Source of the DNA: Flavobacteriales bacterium UBA3431
GTDB taxonomy: Bacteria > Bacteroidota > Bacteroidia > Flavobacteriales > Schleiferiaceae
Length of the DNA stretch: 57,808 nt
Reading direction: 5' to 3'
Assembly (NCBI GenBank): GCA_002381225.1
Contig: DFSS01000043.1
Location: 60,013-117,820, forward strand
Shown here: piece after piece, positions 55,452-57,808 of the stretch
Position numbering within the stretch: position 1 is the first letter of the stretch
Layout of the letters: each line of letters starts with the position of its first letter
Notes under the pieces: generated by a model
The model's input: the letters and a program-made list of their open reading frames with translations, nothing else
Database searches by the model: none
What the model was told of the DNA's origin: nothing
Made by a program: the position numbers and the translations under genes

Positions 55452-56966
55452 ATGGAACCACTCGCCTCCACCTCCCCCCGTGCCCGCCGGGAATCCCCCA
55501 CCCTTCCGCTGGGAGGCGTAGGGCGCATTCCTCCGCAGGCCATTGAGTTGGAGGAAGCCGTATTGGGCGCTCTGCTCATCGACCGAGATGCCCTATCCAA
55601 AGTGGTGGACATCCTCGCCGCTGAATCCTTCTACGTGGAGGCCCACCAGCATATTTTTGAAGCCGTTACTCACCTCTTTGGGGAGTCGGACCCCATTGAT
55701 ATTTTGACGGTAGCCCAGCGCCTTCGAAAGGAAGGGAAATTGGACAAAGTAGGGGGTGAAGCCAAGCTCATTGGTCTGTCTACCCGAGTATCCTCATCTG
55801 CGCACATTGAATTTCATGCGCGCATCGTTGTGCAAAAGCACATCCAACGTGAGCTCATTCGCATCTCCAACGAGATGATCGAGGAAGCCTATGACGAAAC
55901 CAATGATGTCCTCGAACTCTTGGACAAGGCGGAACAAAACCTCTTCAACGTCTCCCAAGGCAACCTGAAGAAGAATTACGAAGGATCCTATGAGCTTGTG
56001 AAGCAAGCTGTCAGTCGGATTGAAGAAATTTCCAAGCGCGAGGGACTCTCCGGCGTTCCTTCTGGATTTACGGGTGTGGACCGCGTGACTTCCGGATGGC
56101 AGAAATCGGACTTGATCATCATTGCTGCCCGTCCTGGTATGGGTAAAACCGCGCTGGTCCTTTCTATGGCGCGGAATATGGCCATTGACCACCAAATTCC
56201 GGTAGGTGTTTTCTCCCTAGAGATGTCCTCGGTTCAGCTGATTACCCGATTGATTTCATCTGAAACGGGAATTGGGGCGGAAAAGCTCCGAAAGGGAAAT
56301 CTAGATACCACCGAATGGCAGCAGCTCACCTCCAAGGTGAAGCGTCTGGAGGATGCGCCCATCTACATTGACGACACCCCTGGACTTTCCGTCTTCGACT
56401 TGCGGGCTAAATGCCGGCGACTTGTTGCCCAGCATAAGGTGGGCATCATCGTCATCGACTATCTGCAGTTAATGACGGCCGGTGTGGGAAAAGCAGGCGG
56501 CAACCGAGAGCAAGAAATTTCGACCATTTCGCGTTCCCTAAAGAGCATCGCCAAAGAATTGGAAATCCCCGTGATTGCGCTCTCACAGCTCAGCCGTGCG
56601 GTAGAGACTCGCGGAGGAAGCAAGCGTCCCTTGCTATCAGACTTACGTGAATCTGGGGCCATCGAACAGGATGCCGACATCGTTTCTTTTATCTACCGAC
56701 CAGAGTACTACCAAATCCACGAGTGGGATGATGATGGCACGCCTTGTGACGGCCAAGCTGAACTCATTATCGCCAAGCACAGGAATGGTTCTTTAGAGAA
56801 CGTACGCTTGAAATTTGAAGCGACCATGGCCAAGTTCTCCGACTTGGATCACCACGGGGCCGCGGGTGGCATGCCGACTGTTTTTGAATCCAAGATGAAC
56901 GCCGCGGCCAACGATGCCTTCTCCACGAAGGTTGATCCCATGGACGACGATTACCCCGTATTCTAG
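55452..56966 (+). CDS. dnaB: Replicative DNA helicase DnaB
   Basis: N-terminal PPQAIELEEAVLGALL, Walker A ARPGMGKTA, Walker B VIDYLQLM, SQLSRAVE and RESGAIEQDADIV motifs; no intein. Confidence 0.95.
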   Translation: MEPLASTSPRARRESPTLPLGGVGRIPPQAIELEEAVLGALLIDRDALSKVVDILAAESFYVEAHQHIFEAVTHLFGESDPIDILTVAQRLRKEGKLDKVGGEAKLIGLSTRVSSSAHIEFHARIVVQKHIQRELIRISNEMIEEAYDETNDVLELLDKAEQNLFNVSQGNLKKNYEGSYELVKQAVSRIEEISKREGLSGVPSGFTGVDRVTSGWQKSDLIIIAARPGMGKTALVLSMARNMAIDHQIPVGVFSLEMSSVQLITRLISSETGIGAEKLRKGNLDTTEWQQLTSKVKRLEDAPIYIDDTPGLSVFDLRAKCRRLVAQHKVGIIVIDYLQLMTAGVGKAGGNREQEISTISRSLKSIAKELEIPVIALSQLSRAVETRGGSKRPLLSDLRESGAIEQDADIVSFIYRPEYYQIHEWDDDGTPCDGQAELIIAKHRNGSLENVRLKFEATMAKFSDLDHHGAAGGMPTVFESKMNAAANDAFSTKVDPMDDDYPVF

Positions 56967-56986
56967 GGGCTCCACGACCATAAGGC

Positions 56987-57808
56987 TTAATTGAACATGC
57001 GCCAGCGTCCTTCAAATAGGACCGCTGCGGCGGCGACTGGGTAGTTTTCCGCCAAGAAAATCGTGTTGGGAATCCATCCCTGGTTGGCGTTCTGGAACTT
57101 CACCAAAAACTCGGCCTCCTTCTTGAACCGAACGCCCGCCAGCGGCGTAACAATCCCATTGGGCGCAATGGTGCCCGAATTGGGCGAATAGGCGAACTGC
57201 CCGCGTTCGGGCACATAGACCGGCCGCGCCCAGCGACCTGCCCAGCCAATCGCCTCCAAGGCAATGAAAAACTGGGTATTCGGATTGATATTCCATTGAC
57301 GGTCCCACGCCGCCTTCAGCATCAACGGGGGCATCATCAGCTCCGGCGCCGAAGTCCACGTGAAGTTGGCCGCAACATCTAGATGGGAAGCCTTCCCTGT
57401 TTTTTCCAAGGAAAACGGACTCACCCATCGCACTCTGACCAATTGACTGGCGGGTGTCGCCGTCCAAACACCAAGGTCCTCCGCATTCTGAACAACCAAA
57501 AGATTACGCTTGCTGTAGTCCTCATAGCGCAGGGTAAGCCTACCCTTTGCAAGCCACATGAAAGCTGAAAACATGGAGGGTTGCAGGACTTCCTGACCCG
57601 ACCAAAATGGCGCGTAGTTTCGCTCCGCCGTAACGTCCAACGGCGCATAAAATAGATTCTTTACCGTCAATTGATAATTCCCTGAAGCCACATGGTACTT
57701 CATAGTTGATGACCCAGTGGTCAGCTGTACATAGGGGTCCCAGGTGACGCCAAATGAGCTATCCAGGTCGTTCACAAACTGTCCACGATGGAGCACCCCC
57801 AAACGCAG
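56987..57808 (-). CDS. Hypothetical protein, probably outer-membrane associated; 5' end outside the window
   Basis: The open frame runs to the window edge with no upstream stop, and the first 'M' in the track is a TTG. Aromatic/Gly-rich alternating segments and the C-terminal ..FEGRWRMFN suggest a beta-barrel. No family recognised. Confidence 0.45.
   Translation of the reverse strand: MRLGVLHRGQFVNDLDSSFGVTWDPYVQLTTGSSTMKYHVASGNYQLTVKNLFYAPLDVTAERNYAPFWSGQEVLQPSMFSAFMWLAKGRLTLRYEDYSKRNLLVVQNAEDLGVWTATPASQLVRVRWVSPFSLEKTGKASHLDVAANFTWTSAPELMMPPLMLKAAWDRQWNINPNTQFFIALEAIGWAGRWARPVYVPERGQFAYSPNSGTIAPNGIVTPLAGVRFKKEAEFLVKFQNANQGWIPNTIFLAENYPVAAAAVLFEGRWRMFN

Noticed and set aside
1-57808. Search for CRISPR arrays, IS elements or transposases, integrases, phage genes, toxin-antitoxin pairs or known defence genes.
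   Set aside because: No direct-repeat/spacer pattern, no inverted terminal repeats flanking an ORF, and no recombinase or transposase motifs were seen. Every ORF of 60 aa or more that is not an out-of-frame or antisense artefact is accounted for by housekeeping or envelope genes. By eye, composition is uniform with no island-like shift.

Overview
This 57.8-kb window is a densely packed core-genome segment: about 53 protein genes on both strands, the largest intergenic gap about 125 nt, and many 1-13 nt start/stop overlaps. Several features point to a comparatively GC-rich member of Bacteroidota, probably Flavobacteriia-like. These are a T9SS C-terminal sorting-domain cargo gene, a PorQ-like gene next to cmk, gldF-gldG-DUF4340, the arrays rsfS-ftsH-LUD-cdsA-psd and ferredoxin/serC-serA-DUF1015, and repeated TAnnTTTG promoter boxes. 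Almost every gene is housekeeping: recG, pheT, purL, purC, ddl, coaD, pyrE, birA, ftsH, lon, cmk, rpmE2, serC/serA, yggS, dnaN, pruA, rsmG, tgt, accA, dnaB. I found no rRNA or tRNA gene, CRISPR array, transposase, integrase, phage gene or recognisable defence gene, and no intergenic space large enough for a typical riboswitch or structured RNA. I do not see a convincing self-contained novel system. The observations most worth a second look are these. (1) Thirteen perfect TAnnTTTG -7 boxes, seven of them only 3-7 nt from the ATG, which implies leaderless mRNAs and helps fix start codons. (2) Face-to-face divergent promoter boxes at two loci. (3) A DUF62 (SAM-hydrolase-like) gene and an ABM gene translationally coupled to gldF-gldG-DUF4340. 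(4) A Tgt whose three zinc-binding cysteines are all replaced. (5) Several conserved unknowns embedded in tight operons: LUD with cdsA-psd, DUF1015 with serCA-yggS, and a stand-alone PASTA protein plus a T9SS cargo gene with rluD. All family calls come from motif recognition by eye, not from searches.
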